This document shows, one piece after another, positions 1 through 12,340 of a DNA stretch of 64,000 nucleotides (within the stretch, counting starts at the first letter, position 1; each line of letters opens with the position of its first letter). The stretch covers positions 1 through 64,000 of the forward strand of contig JALMLS010000391.1 of NCBI GenBank assembly GCA_038496445.1, in the 5' to 3' direction. The position numbers and the translations under genes were made by a program. Source of the DNA: Trichosphaerium sp. ATCC 40318 (taxonomy: Eukaryota > Protista > Tubulinea). The notes beneath the pieces were generated by a model. The model worked only from the letters and a program-made list of their open reading frames with translations. It was not told the DNA's origin and ran no database searches.

Positions 1-33
1 GCCAAATTCGGTATAATCAGGAAGAGTGGCCAT
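1..33 (-). CDS. MRI1: 5' end of a second methylthioribose-1-phosphate isomerase copy (runs off the window)
   Basis: Exact reverse complement of 23070-23102 ([11 protein letters not shown]), the start of the MRI1 gene. Confidence 0.75.
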   Translation of the reverse strand, partial: MATLPDYTEFG

Positions 34-115
34 AGTAAATGAAAAATTTTCACTTAGACGATTACAGACTTAATTGTCAAATAATCTTAAATTTGCGCTT
101 TGCTACACTATAACA

Positions 116-1625
116 ATGGAGGAGCATACGTCTTGGTTGACTGGAAAGTCGTTTCTAGTGACAGGTGGTGCTGGTTTTCTAGGTAGACATCTAATACCTT
201 TGGTGCGTTTGTATAGTATTTACGAGCGTTCGATAATTAATTAACGACTTTTGCTAGTTGCTTGATGCTGGGCATCTGTAAGCGGTACAATACTATAATA
301 TCGTATTATAAAGCCACCATTGGTGTAACTCGTTGTAGTTTACTCCCGTACTGCAACCGCTTGTAAAACGCTCCCACAAGCTGTACGTTTAGTCAATGGT
401 TCTATTCTAGACTATAATACACTCCTCAAAGTGCGTGTAACAATGTAAACTACTTTACTTCGCTTTTTGCCAACGTGGTTTTGCAAAGGCTTGTGCTGAT
501 GTTGACGGCATATTTCACTTGGCAGGAGCTGTTGTACATTCTAGATTTGGCAGATCACATTCCACAGTATACAGGACAAATGTTGATGGCACCTTAGTGG
601 TGATGCGTGTAGCTGCAAAGGTTGGGTAAGGGCGAGAAAGAAATTTAAAAGATTGTGCTTACAATTTAACTGTAAAGATGTCGCGTTGTATATGCATCTA
701 CGTCTGGTGTAGTAGGATGCTTTTATGATCCCACAAAGATCGCGACAGATTCTAGTAAATACTGCGAAAGCACAGTTCGCAATTGGCCGTACGTAATGTA
801 GTAGTAGAAACTGTTTTTTGTTCAGAAGAAAATTTGAACGATGGACTTTGTTAATGATTTGTAGTTATTACCATTCGAAAGTAGTAGCGGAGATGGATGC
901 ATTGAATTATGCTGAAAAGAATAAAGTACATTTGGTTGTACTAAGACCTTCTCAAATATTAGGACCTGGTGATCTTGATGTGAGATCAACAGGCTATATT
1001 TATAAATTCCTTTGCAGGAAAGTTCCTGTAATTCCTCCTGGTACAACATACTCTAATCACTAAAATTAGCATTCTCTCACTTCCTCTCTTAGGTGGAACA
1101 AACATAATAGATGTTCGCGATGCTGCAGAGGCGTTTAGGTACGTCACGTGATATTGAAATAAATCACGTGCTTTTTATTTTTCTGACTGATTAACCCTCC
1201 TAGAAACGCTATGGTTGTTGGTAAACCGCTTAAAACGTATCTAATATCTGGGGCAAATCACTCACTTCGTAACGTCTTTACTATGATATCTCGAGTTTCG
1301 AACATCAAACCACCTCGGTTTGTTATTCCAAGGCGTGTTCCTGCTGCTAGTGCGCTTAGCACTGCAGTACCGAGGGTGTACAGTAAGCGAATATTAAAGG
1401 ATGTAACACCGCTGATATTCATACTTTAGGTAATCCTTCACTTGGCGATAAAGATCCTGTTCGATTAGAGATGGCATGTCATTTCTGGTATGTGAAAAGT
1501 TCAGAGGCTGAAAAAGATCTTGGTTTAAGACCACGGAATACACAAGAGACGATACGAGATACAGTTGATTGTTACAAAACCAAACACATTTATGGCCCAA
1601 CGGTGTTCCAATGGCAAAGTTGTGA
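116..1625 (+). CDS. NAD-dependent epimerase/dehydratase (HpnA/dihydroflavonol reductase-like extended SDR), copy A, multi-exon, apparent frameshifts
   Basis: Motifs FLVTGGAGFLG, DGIFHLAG, NVDGT, YASTSG, YYHSK and LRPSQILGPGD. A missing G at ~1570 relative to copy B removes the C-terminal AKL frame. Confidence 0.85.
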
Positions 1626-1803
1626 GTGTACCTATCGCAATAAAAAAATAACCCTTGTACGATATCAGCTTGGCTTTTTTTTCTCTGATCTTGTTGTGGA
1701 ATAAAACTAGAATTTGCACGTGCAACGAGTGACGAAGCTTGACCTGTCATTGTGTAGCACAATAATCACTCTCTAAACTTAAAACAGTGACAGTAAACTA
1801 TCA

Positions 1804-3114
1804 ATGGCATTAAACGTCATGCATCTACCGCCTGAGATGCTCCAGCGCATACTGGGCTATGACATGGTATTCATGACTTCTTTAACAACTTGTACACTAT
1901 TTCATGATGTAATCATCAGTGCACCGTACTTCAAGGTGCGCAAGTTATATCATAACGCGAACAGCAGATTTATGCGATTTTAAGTAACGTTAAGTTTAAT
2001 ACGCCTCAATACCTGTCTGATAGTTCTTCTGTACTTCAACAGCTCGATTGAAGCGTTTAATAAAGATTATAAACATGGTTTACAAAAGTTTGACGCTATG
2101 GGCTTTGGAATAGACTCACCAATGCTTACTGAGTTTTTGATACGCGTGGGAAAGAACTTAGACCAAGACCAATTTGTGGCATGCCTAATGAACCATGTGC
2201 GTTTCTTTTTTGGAAGTCAGCTTTTTGCCTAAAACGGTTGATGATGTCCTTCAATTATGTTCTCAATATGGCACTCCATGAGTGGCACTGAACTGTTTTA
2301 AATGACAGCACCTTTTTGCAATGGAATCGTAGTTGCTCATTGGTAGAAAACGTGTTGTCATGACATATTATTGTTATTGCTTTTTTCTTATTATTTTAGA
2401 GTCTGTGCTTGGCTTGATTTTATCACGTATTGACTTTAAAGATCGAAGTATAGTACAAGCTATAACAAGCGTGTGTAAAATCATAAAATTACCAGAATAC
2501 GCTCATGAGATTCAGGTGTAAGTACTTTCAAGATGAAATCTAAAGGTTTTTTTTTCTTGTTTTCTTGACATAATGTCATTGTCATATTCATTTCTTTAGG
2601 TTTTTTCAGCAGCTTAGCGAAGAATACTTTTATCAAAACCCTAATATATATCCAGATACTGATACTGTATTCGATTTCTTATATAGTGTGGTACATTTAC
2701 CTTCCTAAATTCCTTTTTTCGCAAAAAAGAATCTTTGCAGACAATTTTTTTTTGAAGAAACTTCTTATCTTAGGTTTTTACTCAACAAGCTAATCAATAC
2801 AACATTGTCTACATACAATTATTAGCTGATTTCAAATACTAGGTTTCGCTTAATACAAGCTTACACAATATAAATATTGGCAAAAAGTATCAACTAACAA
2901 AACAACAATTTTTTCAGGCAGCATAGTACACAAACTAGATATGAAAGTCACATAAAAAACTAACCACCAATCACTTTCTTCACATCTAATTTTTAAACAA
3001 GGTCCTGAGCTAAGGTTTAAATACTTACAGGGTTTGTAGGGTCCACACAAACGCCTTCCTGAAGGATTTACAGATAAGCTGTATGATGAGGTCAAAAAAA
3101 AGTATTATTTATGA
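1804..3114 (+). CDS. F-box + Sec7-domain protein (FBXO8-like architecture), copy A
   Basis: N-terminal LPPEMLQRILGY (F-box-like), then Sec7 elements: EAFNKDYKHGL, IDFKDRSIVQAI, IKLPEYAHEIQ, YFYQNP, FLYSV|VSLNTSLHN and LPEGFTDKLYDEVK. Confidence 0.7.
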
Positions 3115-4129
3115 GCCAAGTATATCATGGTCAGGTATCTTGACTATATCATACAACAATAACAAATACAGTACTTCACAGTTTTTATGCTGTTGTGATG
3201 TAAGAAGAGGTAATATAGAAGTATCCACTAATTCCCTAATATATCTTGTTTGTATTAAACTAAAGGACATGGTTGTTGAGGTAGCAATCTTTTTTGAACT
3301 TTTTCTCAGACACACTGAGTGCGTAAAAAGTATGACTTATCAATGATAATAGGTAGGTAAAAAGACTATTATATTGAAGTGTAAGGATAACGAGAAAAAG
3401 ATAGTTTTGATAAAGAAGAGAAAGAAAAAAAGACTTTCTAAGATTACACTTATGTTTAATACTTTGGTATCGTGTGCTGATTGTTTTAAAAGTATTAAAG
3501 AATGTTGTATTTGATAGTGTCTCTTACTTGATAGGATAGTATGAAAGCCAGTGAATATCCATGTGATTTACATTTGTGAGAGTTTGGGAACCTGCCAACA
3601 CCTTTTTATGCCAATCAGTTATGAGTCTTGGCATATGGATTGACAATAAGATACAAGCATCTCAGGTGTTTCACAACCCCTTGAAGTATTGAACAAACAA
3701 CAACAAAACATGACGAGTATTGCACAAATAATATTGTGACTTTTTTTAACTAACATGACGTCATTTATTACTCTTACATGTTAACACTTTTGCCACTATT
3801 AGTTTTGAATATTGTACTCCAGCAAGTTGCACGAGATTGATCACAGAAGTTTCTGACAAGTTACCAATGAAATTAAAGCCATGTCAAATGGTAAGGCCTA
3901 TTTTTGAATCCAAAGTGATGTTGTGCGATATTAGCCAATATTTTAGATGTACGACTGAGTGCATGGTAAACAATGAAACATATTGTAGGATACATTATAA
4001 CTTCAACATGAGTTTCATAGATGCGTTGCCTATACGAAGACCATGGTCTAGCTAACGGTGTACCAAATCAATCATTAAGTGTCAATTACGGAATGAATTG
4101 CCAAAAAAAAATTCAAAGAACTGCCATTT

Positions 4130-4230
4130 CATCTAATAAACCACCAAAGGCCGGTGAGGTCATGAAGAACCCTATACTTTGCGCGACATTTCGCTCTCTA
4201 GCAAAGGACGGCAAAGACGGCTTCTATAGG
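4130..4230 (+). pseudogene. Isolated gamma-glutamyltranspeptidase exon fragment
   Basis: Encodes PPKAGEVMKNPILCATFRSLAKDGKDGFYR followed by a GTGAGT donor. No other GGT exons were found nearby. Confidence 0.6.
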
Positions 4231-4449
4231 GTGAGTTGCTACCAGTACTGCGGCTTTTTTTTTTGTGTTTTTGCAAATACACAATGTTGTTTTATTCATT
4301 GAAGAGTACTAGCTCAGTGATGTCAATTATGCGTTTTTACTCACGATGAGCACTAAACGTAAAAGCTCCCCTATCGCAAAAAAACAAGAGGTACCACTTG
4401 TCACGTGTTTATTTAACCTCAAACTTGAACGTAGACGAAAACTCATGTA

Positions 4450-4764
4450 TTGGATCTTCCATTAGAGCTACTACTTGATATTATTGATTTAGATAATGAA
4501 ATTTACATAAAATGGCCTCTTATATCAAAATATACAGCAACAAGCACAAGGTTTGATAATAACTTGAACAAACATGGAAAATGGACAAAACACCCAGTAC
4601 CAAAATGGAGGCGGCGATGTAAAGAAAATGAAGAACACATTGTGTGGTTTAACGGTGGTCAAGTGTATTTTAATTTTGACTATCAAATAGCCATTCTTGT
4701 AAAAATTGACTATCAAATAGCCAATGTAAAAAAAAAAACCAAAGCCAGTAACAATAATAATTAA
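4450..4764 (+). pseudogene. F-box-like ORF fragment
   Basis: LDLPLELLLDII motif. The C-terminus is built from a 30-bp tandem duplication (ttgactatcaaatagcca twice) and an A-run. Confidence 0.35.
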
Positions 4765-4927
4765 CGTTCTCTGCAACAAGAGTCCGAGTTACATATGCCA
4801 TTGTACGTCCTCCGTTCATTTGTTACTTTTAAGCTTAATGCTAGGTAAAATTTACTTACTGCTTGTGAGGTGCGAGCAATGACTTATTAGTCGTTAAAAG
4901 TCGCCAAATCGATAACTATCAACAAAT

Positions 4928-7900
4928 ATGGCAGAGGAAACGCGTACTCCTGTTTTCTTCAATGAGCTTCACTATGAAGATATGCTTTCAGATCAATTTG
5001 AAGGTAACTAAACCGACTACAATTGATAAATCACGTGACAAATCTTTTTTCCAAAAAGGTTTCGAAATCGCCGCTCCAGGTGGTACAAACTTGAAGGGAT
5101 GGTCAGTTTCGCTTTATGGAGGTACGTTACCAAAATACCGTTAAATCACAACGGAGAAAAAAGATCCTCAGCTTTCTCTTGTGTTACTCCGTCCGTATCT
5201 AGCATATTCTTATCACGTGCGCGTCTAGGTGCCGATGGTAAGGTTTATAAGACGGTAGAACTGAAAGGACTTGTACCTGATTTACAAGTACGTTGAGTGT
5301 AATGACACGAGGCTAGATTGTTCTCTTTCCTAATCAAAACCAAGAACGGTTTCGGAGTACTCTTTTTTTTTGTAAAAGGCATCCACGACGGTACGACCAC
5401 GTTTTTTCCATCACCAACGCTAATGTTTACCACAAGGATCATCTAATGGCGATGGTATGGCTCTCGTAGATAAGAGTGGTAAAGTCCGACAATTTTTGAG
5501 CTACGAAGGCGCTTTTGAGGCTACTGATGGTAAATTACTTCTTGTGAAAGATTTGGTAAAATTTTTTAGGTCCTGCAAAAGGAATGACCAGTGACAAGAT
5601 ACCTGTCGCCGAATTCGAGTGGTCTCACCATGAGAACTCTCTTCAACTCCAAGGCAAAGGTAGTTGCTACGAAGATTTCGAATGGAAAGGTCCAGTAGAC
5701 TCTACTCCAGGCGAAGTTAACGGTGAACAAGTATTCGGTAAGGTTTTACTAAGACCTATTTCGTGTTTTGCTTATTTTTAAATTGTAGAGGGCGTTCCAA
5801 TCTCCGCTCCAGAACCTGGTCACGTGACTCTTGAAACTTTCACTGGCATTAATCGTGAATCGCATCATACCACTGATTATGTTAATAAGAGTATGCTCAT
5901 ACTAAGACGTGCTAATACTTTCCAACTTGGGTTCAAAACAAATCTTGGTACGAAATTAGCATTTAACTTGTTTTTACGCTTCTTTTTTTGACTCTTAGCC
6001 ACTGTTTTATTAATGCTGGATACATAGAACCTAGTGCGCTTACTATTGTACTGACTGTATTCCCTGAGACTAGCGAACAAGTCAAAATCAAGGCATGATG
6101 TCACATTCGTTTTATTACTAATTCTCGAAAAGGTGTTAGATGCAAAACCAGAAGAGTTGAGTAAGACAGAGTGGCAGCTTTTGTGAAAGAAAAGTCAGAT
6201 GATGGCTTCTTAGCAATGGTCAGGTATACAAAACGACAGACGTAAAATCAAGTTACTCTAACACAATTTTTCTCTGTCAGTATTCCCGCCAATGCAAAAA
6301 TCGGACAATACTCACTCTCTGTAACAAACGGAGATGTAACAGACGAATCAACTCATCCCGTTATCGTTCTATTCAATCCATGGAGTGAAGATGATGGTGT
6401 ATATATGGAAGATGACTCTTGGAGAACTGAATACGTTCTAAACCAGGAAGGAGTTGTTTGGGTACCCATCTCTTAAAAACACAGTTTCTGAAGTTGCTTT
6501 GCTAACACGTTTCTCAAAGCAAGGAAGTGAATGGGTTAAAGTACCTCAAAGATGGCTTTATGCACAGTTCGAGGAGTTGAGTGTTTTAGCATGCTTGAAG
6601 CTTGTTGAAATGATACCTCTTGAGAATCGTGGAGATCCTGTTTTATTCTCGAGAAAATTAAGTGCTCTTGTTAATGTTCAAGATGAGGGTGGAGTACTTG
6701 TAGGAAACTGGAGTGGTACGTCATCTACCTAATGGGTTAGAAACGCTAAATTTTCGTTAGGTAATTATGCTGATGGCACTAAACCAAAGGCGTGGGTAAG
6801 TTCACATCCTATTTTGGAACAGTTTTATGTAAGTGGCCAAGGTGTTAAGTATGGTAAGTCTTTTACTATTATCTTTTTGAGTTTATCATGTATTGATCAT
6901 TATATGTAGGTCAATGCTGGGTATTTGGTATGTTTAGTATGTAAGTGTTTCTAAGTATACTTACATTGTTTCAAGCTGCCGTATTGTGTTCGGTCTGTAG
7001 GTGCCTTGGTATTCCATGTCGTCCAATTACAAACTTTAACTCAGGTTCCCAAAACATTTCTGTAGTATTTTCGCTTACTCCTTGTTTTTTTAGCGCATGA
7101 CACCTCTTTTGATAGAGGTATCGAGTATTATTTTTATCGTGATGGCGATGGAAAGCTTGTTCAAGACAGTTCTGTCACATCTGACTCAATTTGGTACTAA
7201 GCTACAACTTGTTTAAAGGTTTTTTGTATCTGATTATTTCTTTAGGAACTTTCATGTGTGGAATGATGTCTGGTACAATATCGTTGTTGACAAAGTACTT
7301 GAGTTTATTAATAATGTATAGGATGCGCAGACCTGATTTACCTTCCGGATATGGTGGATGGCAAGCACTAGATTCGACACCACAGGTATGCCTGGTTGAA
7401 ACCAAAGAAGTTTTCAAACACATTCGTTTAGGAAAAGAGTGAAGGTATTTTCCAGACAGGACCTTGTCCTATTACCGCTATCAAAGCAGGGGAAAAGGAT
7501 AAATCTATCAAATACGATTTGGACTTTATATACGCTGAAGTAAACGCAGATGTAAAGTATGGTCATATCATTTAGTTTTTCTTAGAATTGTATCTGACTC
7601 AATTTAAGGCACTTCGCAAAGGGAGAGAGTGGTGAGTATGAACTCATAAAGGTAGAGACTACCAAGGTACGTTTTTATTACATCTGTTGCGGAGGTATGT
7701 AAATATATATGTAGGTTGGTCAATCTCTGTGGACTAAATCTGTTGGATCTTTTTTGAAAACTTTTGCAACATCTCAGTATAAGTACAAAGAAGGCTCGGC
7801 TGCAGAACGTGCAGTGCACCTTGATGAAAACAATGGTACGTATTTTAATCTCATATGTTACCGGTTATAATTACTAATATCTTAATTTCTGTAGAAGCTT

Positions 7901-8785
7901 TCACTGTTACGTTTGATGTCGATCACAACAAGGTTAGATAAAAAATACGAATAAAACAAGAAAAATAGTTGACTTCTCAAACAGGTTGCTGGTGAAGACT
8001 TCGTTGTCAAGATGAAACTCAAGCGTATTAAGACTGAAGGAGCTGTTGATACAAATGTAAAGTACGTCCTCAAAACTCAATAGCAGAGCGAGGCAGAAAA
8101 AAAGCATTCTGAACTAATTTTCCATCCTTTAGTGTCACCTTCAGCGCTTACGCTGTTTACTACACTGGAAAGCCTAGAAGTAGTTTCAAATCAGAAAATA
8201 CTAACCTTACTATCCCTGCTGATGGTTCCGAAGTTGATTTCTCTGTGCCTATTACTGTGAATGACTACTTGGCTCTTCTAGATGATGACCATCAAATGAA
8301 GTTTAACGTTTATGTTCTTTCGGAAGATAAGAAAGAAACAGCACTACAATCTCTTGATTTTGACCTTGATAACCCTGTGATCAATATCGAACTAGAAGGT
8401 GTATCAGATTTGACAATAAACGAAGGTAAACACAAAAACCAAGTACGCTCAGATTGTTAACAAAAGAAAATTCTAGGTGACAACATAAATGTTAATGTTT
8501 CAATGAAAAATACACTTCCTGTTGCACTCACAGGTGCCACATTTATTGTCGAATGTCCTGGATTATTGAAGCGTAAGAAAGTCACTATTTCAGATGTATC
8601 CCCAGGCGCTGATGCAAAAGCAACGGTAGCTGTTAAGGGTAAGAATCAATTGAGCTTTTTTTTAAAGTTGGTTCTAAAGTATCTTTTTTCTAGCGACAAG
8701 GAAAGGAAAGCTTGATTTGAATGTCACGTTTGATGCTAAAGAACTTGCTCCTGTTCATGGAGACGTTGATGTAACCGTGAATTAG
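4928..8785 (+). CDS. Animal-type protein-glutamine gamma-glutamyltransferase (transglutaminase) with an N-terminal bacterial-type lamin-tail-like domain; many short exons
   Basis: Catalytic motifs YGQCWVFAAV (Cys), [10 protein letters not shown] (His) and [11 protein letters not shown] (Asp). Also [21 protein letters not shown], the N-sandwich HHTTDY..LRR and C-terminal barrel NTLPVALT. Confidence 0.93.
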
Positions 8786-9760
8786 TTTGAGTACAACTCA
8801 TTGGTAAAGAAACAACTTTTCAAATAAAGAGTTATTTTCAGAAACACGTGTAATCTCCAACTAAAGTTTATAGCGTTTGTTTACTATAATGTGTTTTGAC
8901 AAAGATGTTGTTGGTTAAGGTCTGCTAGACAATGAAAAACATTGAAGTTAGTTTCAGAAATCAGTGATTTAGCTGTTTTTGGTTGTTTACAAAGATCTAA
9001 CTAATGCGTAGTAGCTTGTAACAACTGTTTGGTGCGTAAACGGTTTAGACCCAAAGTGAAACCATAGCAAACATGGAAAAATGCGGATTGAGATGAAGGA
9101 ATTAGTTTAGGTTCTTGGTTTTTTTTGCATTTTTAGTTAAACTCTTTTTCCCACAGTCGTTCAACGTCTCTGTATTGCTTTTTGAGCGTAGAAAACGTTG
9201 TTCGATATTGTCTCACGTTAAGTGCCTCAGTTTTTTAGGTAGTAACCGGAAAAATGCGCAAAATAAGTGAGTTTGTTTATTCACAGGTTGAAAATAAAAA
9301 CCAAGAATTTTTGACTTGTAGCGACTCCAGACCGAAACAGCCAGTGTTAATAGGGACTGTCACAAATACTGTTTAGTTAAACCTTTATGTATACCCAATC
9401 CAGATCTTTATTGCCACCGATGATAACCCAACGTAAGGGCAGCATCGCTTTTGAGACAGTTTCGAAAATTATGACATTTTTAATTTAATTTATTATTTAC
9501 GGATTACGAGAATCATTGAGACGTTTTTACTCACCTCAGAACCGTCCTAACTTTAAATTGCTACTTTGAACATTTAGCCAGTATTCTATACTTAGAGTAC
9601 GTAAAAAAATTTTTGCGATTCGTTCTTGCTGTGCCGAGGAAAAGTACCGCAAAGCAATTTTTTTACAACAAACTTTTCAAAAATGTCGGAATTTCTGAAT
9701 GTGTTAGGTAAGTTCATTGTATTCAACGTTGCACTACTCTATGTTATTCTAAATACCTAA

Positions 9761-11727
9761 ATGGTATGCAAAAGAGTAACTACATGCCTTTGTAAGTTTT
9801 CCCGGGCAAGGTTACTGTGTCTTATTATAACTGGTACGATTGTAATTCTTAAAGCTACAAAACGTGTAATAGCGAAAATACAAGCGTCAGTATGGTTAAC
9901 AAAAGGCTAGGAGCGATATTCATTATATTCCAATTTATACTGGTTGAGGGACGCAGTGCCACTTCCTATGAGCCCAATGCAAGCACAGGTACGTATTTTG
10001 TAGTTTTAATATCGCTGTGAAACAATAATCTCCCTAAAACGCACTTACACGCTATTTTAGCGCAAATACTTGAAAGAGGACTAGAAAGAACGCCCATAAT
10101 TAAAAATATCCTTCATTTCATGCGGTTCATCTCAAGACCACTATACGACAGTACGTCATGATATTATCTGTCAGAATAAAATAATTAAACAAATTCTATT
10201 TAACCACTAACATGGTTTCAGGTCAAAGTTATGATGACTGGCACAAATTCTCGTATAATCCCACTAACCTACCCGAAACTTGTACAAAAAATGGGTGGGC
10301 AGTGCGCAAAGACAGTGTCAAGTTGTACGATGCCTTCTTATTCAGTCACGTGAGTGTCACGTGATGATATTCTTTTTGCAACACAACAAAAAAGCAATTG
10401 CTGACTCTGGTGTATTAAAGGAACTTGATATCTTGGAGATTCGGCTTAAGGAACTATATGACATAGTTGATTTTTTCGTAATTACTGAATCCAAACAGAC
10501 ATTTTCTAAGCAAGGTGACGTTGACTACTTTAATTTTTTTCGAAAATTGCTTATTTGGGTTTTTTGTAAAAATGTTTAACAATAATTATTAGGCCAGAAA
10601 AACTTGTTTTTTAACCTTACTAAATCTACGCGGTTTAAAAAATATATGCCAAAGATAATTCATCACATTACAGAACCGGGTGGTAAGTTACAAATACAGA
10701 CTTAAACCAAGTTTATTCCCAAAATAGGAACTTTGTTTCTTGCCGAAGCCAAGTCCAGAAATTCCCAACAACAAGGATTAATGGAGGTACAAATCACCTC
10801 AATATGTGGTATACTCATACCTAACTAGGCTGGTATTAAACCAGGTGACATCGTTTTTTTAAGTGACGTTGATGAGATACCAAGAAAGTCTGCATTAAAA
10901 TTATTTAAAACATGCTCTCAGTACGTTTACTCCTGCAAGTGCTTACCTATAAATACCTAACAATCTATTAGGTTTCCTAGCATAGTATACTTCTCTTTGC
11001 GACATTATATGTATAGTTTTGTTTACCCTTTGGAGTATCATGTAACAGGTAAGAAAAGATTGATTGTTTGTTCGCCGTTTTCTTTGTACTTAGTTGTTTG
11101 GTGTAGGAAAGGTTATCACCTATACATCAGGTGAGAATTACATGGGTCGTGTTAAAAAAGGTAATGGAAATATGTTACTTAATGCGGGGTGGCATTGTAG
11201 CTTCTGTTTTAGGTGCGTACTAGTTAGCTATCTTTTTCCTCTCGTTTTTCTTTTCACTTCTTTTTTTGACAATATTCTAGATACTTAGATGATATCACAC
11301 ATAAACTACAGTCGTATTCACATAGAGAAAGATACAGAAAGTATCATGAGAATCTCAACTTACTCCAGAAGAAGATACAGAATGGGAACTTTATTTATGA
11401 CTCAGTACGCCTTTTTTTTTTTTTTGTGATTTCAACACATCCATGATAAGCATGTGACTCAAGTACTCATCTTTTTTCTTTAGTGGCCAGAAGCCTTCAG
11501 TTTTAAAAACATTTGGAGCCTTTGGCCGCCTTTTAGAAAGCACATTAGTGATGATGTGCCTATCGCTGTTAACAAAGACAAGAAAAACTTCGGATTCCTT
11601 AATACAAAGGTACACGACTTTCACGAACACGTGTTTTTGTTAACAACTGACGCAGGAATGCATACGTGAACGTCATAATCCTATCACTTACTGGGATGAA
11701 ATGTATCCTCGACCATATAAAAAGTAA
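9761..11727 (+). CDS. GT17 beta-1,4-mannosyl-glycoprotein 4-beta-N-acetylglucosaminyltransferase (MGAT3-like), type II membrane protein
   Basis: ELDILEIRLKELYDIVDFFVITES, LSDVDEIP and AGWHCSFCF, with an N-terminal hydrophobic anchor. The start codon is approximate. Confidence 0.85.
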
Positions 11728-12340
11728 GAAATAAACAAGATTGTATGATTTGTAACCATCTATCTCCTTTTCATTATCAATACCATAAACAGGAGAACCG
11801 CTAGTATTGATGTATCACACTGTGGGGGTGGTATAAAGTGAGTTGAGTTCAAACAGACGGTGGAATTACATTTAAAGGCCAAATTCGGTTTCAATAAAGT
11901 GTGTAATAGTAAAGAATGGAATTGTACTGACAGGAAATACTTGTTATGTTTTGGATCTATGGTTTTTGGGATAATACAGAGGCTACTCAATACCAGCTTA
12001 CTAAAAATGGAAGAAACGCTGAATTTCGCGTTTTCTTCATTATTTCTGGTTTAGGTAGATACAACATTTTGTCGCCCGTATCTCGGTTAGAAACAAGTTC
12101 AGCAATACTTACGGAAACAGAATGAGTTGGAAAGAAAAGCCGAAACCTTACGTGTGGTGCTAATTACTTTCCGCCTTTTGTCACTTTTGTGCTTGAATAC
12201 ACTGGTACATGATAGTTCTGCATTGTGTTGTATGGTGATGCCAACATAACTTAATACAAGCATAAAACATACGACTACCTTGTTAAACACTGTATTGAAT
12301 CAAATTTACAAATAAAGTACATAGTGTAACTCCCGTTTTA

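Larger units (their letters stand above)
1..3956 (+). repeat. Left arm of a ~3.9 kb inverted segmental duplication (partner ~19176-23102)
   Basis: Continuous reverse-complement identity, with scattered SNPs and small indels, from position 1 to ...gatgtacgact at ~3956. Confidence 0.95.

Noticed and set aside
3083-3346. Thrice-repeated ORF (also 15512-15820 and 19750-19953) as a gene family
   Set aside because: The recurrence just reflects the DNA duplication. The ORF has no domain, its 5' ends are inconsistent, and it overlaps the Sec7 gene end.
11760-12290. Short ORFs between the GT17 gene and MLH1, plus a 12-bp match to the window start at ~11878
   Set aside because: No consistent spliced model or homology was found, and the 12-mer is compatible with chance.
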